From an uncultured virus (IMG/VR IMGVR_UViG_3300025771_000019) (taxonomy: Duplodnaviria > Heunggongvirae > Uroviricota > Caudoviricetes), in IMG/VR virus record IMGVR_UViG_3300025771_000019: a stretch of DNA of 20,000 nt; one strand, given 5' to 3'. The position numbers and the translations under genes are program-made. Shown in pieces: positions 18,111 to 20,000 of this stretch; the stretch's first letter is position 1, and every line of letters starts with the position of its first letter. The notes beneath the pieces were generated by a model that saw only the letters and a program-made list of their open reading frames with translations, had not been told where the DNA came from and did no database searches.

Positions 18111-18290
18111 ATGGAAAAGCTACTTACCGCTGAAGAATACGCCACACTTGACGGACTTCTTCCGCGCGCTGAAGAATACGCCACATACGAAGATTACTGC
18201 AAGCCTCGTCGTGAACTTGGCTTGGGCGTCATTCCCCTCTCTCTTTTCAAAGCTTTAAAAGCAAATCCAATTCCAGCATCGGAGAAGTAA
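18111..18290 (+). CDS. hypothetical 59-aa protein with internal AEEYAT duplication
   Basis: Hand-translated MEKLLTAEEYATLDGLLPRAEEYATYEDYCKP...; GGAGG SD; fills the gap between the flanking ORFs. Confidence 0.65.
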   Translation: MEKLLTAEEYATLDGLLPRAEEYATYEDYCKPRRELGLGVIPLSLFKALKANPIPASEK

Positions 18291-18291
18291 T

Positions 18292-18498
18292 ATGAAATAT
18301 GATGAAAGACACGGGGGTCCATTCGATCGTGGTTCTGCAGACAGCTACTATGGCCGTGGATTAAATCCTCACTATTATAAAGGTGCAACATATCAATCTG
18401 ACAGAGTTGAAATGGCTGATATGACCGCTGAAGAAATAGAAGCATATTATGCTGGTTATGATGATAATGAAGAATCCGGAAACAAAAAAGAGTGGTAG
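18292..18498 (+). CDS. hypothetical phage protein (RHGGPFDRGSADSYY motif)
   Basis: 68-aa ORF, GGAG SD, co-oriented in the early cluster. Confidence 0.7.
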   Translation: MKYDERHGGPFDRGSADSYYGRGLNPHYYKGATYQSDRVEMADMTAEEIEAYYAGYDDNEESGNKKEW

Positions 18499-18531
18499 AA
18501 TTTACGTAATCAATGCATTAATAAATATTAT

Positions 18532-18584
18532 AGGCAGAGGGTAAAGCTCTGCCTTTTTTATGTGAGCGACGGGGTAAATCCGTC
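18532..18584 (+). promoter_or_regulatory. twin hairpins with GGTAAA loops; the first is terminator-like
   Basis: AGGCAGAG-GGTAAAG-CTCTGCCT plus T-run, then GACGG-GGTAAAT-CCGTC just before the GAAGGAG SD. Confidence 0.6.
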
Positions 18585-18604
18585 AAACAAGAAGGAGAAG
18601 TTTA

Positions 18605-19570
18605 ATGGAACTACTCACATTGTGGAGCCTTGTCGGCTTCCTGCTTGCTGCATATGCGGTTATAGCGAACGATTCAGTGCAAACTCTCGGCACGTGGATG
18701 GCATCTAACAATGAGAGATTTAACTATAAAGTACTATGGGCAGCGGCTTCTGCTGTTCTTCTAGCAACACTCTGGTACGGTTGGAGTGTTAATGGTGGCG
18801 ACATTAGTTATGGCCGTTTGAATAAGATCCCGTGGCAAGAAGTACAATGGTACCACGCCGCAGCACCAGCTATTCTTGTTGCTTTAACACGAATTGGTGT
18901 ACCAGTTTCAACATCATTCTTAGTTCTATCAGTATTTGCTTCAACCTTTGTGTTGGAAAAAATGTTGATGAAATCTATTATGGGTTATGGCGTAGCAGCC
19001 TTATTTGCTTACGCAGTATGGTTTGCCATTAATAAGTTTGCTCATAAATGGTTTGATGAAACTCAGCCAGTAAGTGAAGATAATAAACGTTTTTGGCGGA
19101 TTGCTCAGTGGGTTGCTACTGGCGGATTGTGGTGGACTTGGTTGTCACATGACATGGCAAACATTGCGGTATTCCTCCCGCGTCAAGTACCTGTAGATCT
19201 TATGATTTTGATCTCATTTGTATTTGTCGGTGGTTTGTTCTTTATGTTTAGAGAACGTGGTGGTAAGATCCAACAAATCGTTTTGGAAAAACATAACACA
19301 AGATATGTTCGTTCAGCTACGTTGATTGACTTATTCTATTGGTTGTGTTTATACTTCTTTAAAGAGCTAAACGATATTCCTATGAGTACAACTTGGGTAT
19401 TCGTTGGTTTGCTAGCAGGTCGTGAACTTGCGATGGCTACATACTTTGGTAAGAAGAAAACAAAATCTGTATTTCCTCTTGTAGCGAAAGACTTTGGAAA
19501 GATGATGGTAGGACTTGGAGCTTCAGTTGCTCTTGTACTAATGGTACATTACATTATCAATCCAGTGTGA
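18605..19570 (+). CDS. multi-pass membrane protein, distant PiT (inorganic phosphate/anion transporter)-like
   Basis: About 9-10 hydrophobic segments; repeated motifs ANDSVQ / SHDMAN and PVSTS / PMSTT resemble the two PiT signature repeats. Confidence 0.65.
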   Translation: MELLTLWSLVGFLLAAYAVIANDSVQTLGTWMASNNERFNYKVLWAAASAVLLATLWYGWSVNGGDISYGRLNKIPWQEVQWYHAAAPAILVALTRIGVPVSTSFLVLSVFASTFVLEKMLMKSIMGYGVAALFAYAVWFAINKFAHKWFDETQPVSEDNKRFWRIAQWVATGGLWWTWLSHDMANIAVFLPRQVPVDLMILISFVFVGGLFFMFRERGGKIQQIVLEKHNTRYVRSATLIDLFYWLCLYFFKELNDIPMSTTWVFVGLLAGRELAMATYFGKKKTKSVFPLVAKDFGKMMVGLGASVALVLMVHYIINPV

Positions 19571-19599
19571 CATTTTTGTCAAGTAAAAAAATTTTACAG

Positions 19600-19624
19600 A
19601 AGGGGTTGACATTCAACTCCTTTT
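19600..19624 (+). terminator. intrinsic terminator overlapping the tmRNA promoter
   Basis: AGGGGTTGA-CAT-TCAACTCCT followed by T residues; contains TTGACA (19606-19611) with TGt-TATATA 17 nt downstream. Confidence 0.6.
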
Positions 19625-19640
19625 GTGTTATATATAAAAA

Positions 19641-20000
19641 GTGGACGTTGAAACAAGATAAAGACGGATCGGACCGCGGGGCAGTACCGCGCACCTCCAC
19701 CATAAACACATGAGGATATAATGAATTGGGATTGGCACTGGATAAGTTGGTTTAAAGGAACACCTTTTCAATGGGGTGAATTTAGATTTAATAGTGGCAA
19801 TCCATATAAAAGTTATAGATTTGGACCATTACTTATTCGTGTGTTTATGATGGGGGTGAAATAGGATCGACGAACGGAATAGTTGAGTGGAGTTCACCGT
19901 GTTGACCTACGTTATTCGGTCAAACAAACTAAATGCAAACGATAACTTTGCACCATCTGGTTACGCACTAGCTGCATAACACAGGGGGTTGGCCACTTAC
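19641..20000 (+). ncRNA. ssrA: circularly permuted two-piece tmRNA (alphaproteobacterial type), truncated by the window end
   Basis: The acceptor piece comes first (T-arm CGCGG-GGCAGTA-CCGCG, then CACCTCC-A-CCA ending 19702). The intervening segment is 19703-19851. The coding piece starts GGGGGTGAAATAGGATCGAC at 19852, giving a 7-bp acceptor stem with G3-U70. Tag frame 19935-19979 = ANDNFAPSGYALAA-stop. The 5' boundary is approximate. Confidence 0.92.
19721..19864 (+). CDS. putative 47-aa aromatic-rich microprotein inside the tmRNA intervening segment
   Basis: GAGGA SD at 19712-19716, ATG at 19721, MNWDWHWISWFKGTPFQWGEFRFNSGNPYKSYRFGPLLIRVFMMGVK, TAG at 19862-19864. Confidence 0.5.
   Translation: MNWDWHWISWFKGTPFQWGEFRFNSGNPYKSYRFGPLLIRVFMMGVK

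Noticed and set aside
18128..18185. Possible mini-CRISPR (repeat-spacer-repeat)
   Set aside because: Only two 19-bp copies with a 20-bp spacer, in frame within a plausible ORF, and no cas genes in the window.
19671..19702. Stand-alone tRNA fragment or attachment-site remnant
   Set aside because: It pairs with GGGGGTG at 19852 and is followed by a tag reading frame, so a permuted tmRNA explains it better.

Overview
The window is a gene-dense, AT-rich segment of a T4-like (myovirus-type) phage genome. The host is probably an alphaproteobacterium, inferred from the tmRNA type. Left part, mostly minus strand: a GalE-like epimerase, a plus-strand lipoprotein NlpC/P60-type peptidase, three tRNAs (Leu-UAA, Thr-UGU, Arg-UCU), several small ORFs, and topoisomerase II subunits gp52 and fused gp39+60. 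Central plus-strand core: gp3, uvsY, uvsW, gp55, gp47, gp46, an FkbM-like methyltransferase and gp43 DNA polymerase. The usual gp45-gp44-gp62-regA block is not between gp46 and gp43. Right part: two MazG-like pyrophosphatases, small ORFs, and a PiT-like membrane protein preceded by twin hairpins with matching GGUAAA loops. The window ends in a circularly permuted two-piece tmRNA gene (tag ANDNFAPSGYALAA). The most striking observation is that its ~149-nt intervening segment holds a 47-codon Trp/Phe-rich ORF with its own SD. The stop codon lies inside the mature tmRNA coding piece, so processing would leave a non-stop mRNA. Many sigma70-type promoters and several T4 late TATAAATA boxes are visible. 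All calls come from manual motif recognition; no searches were run.
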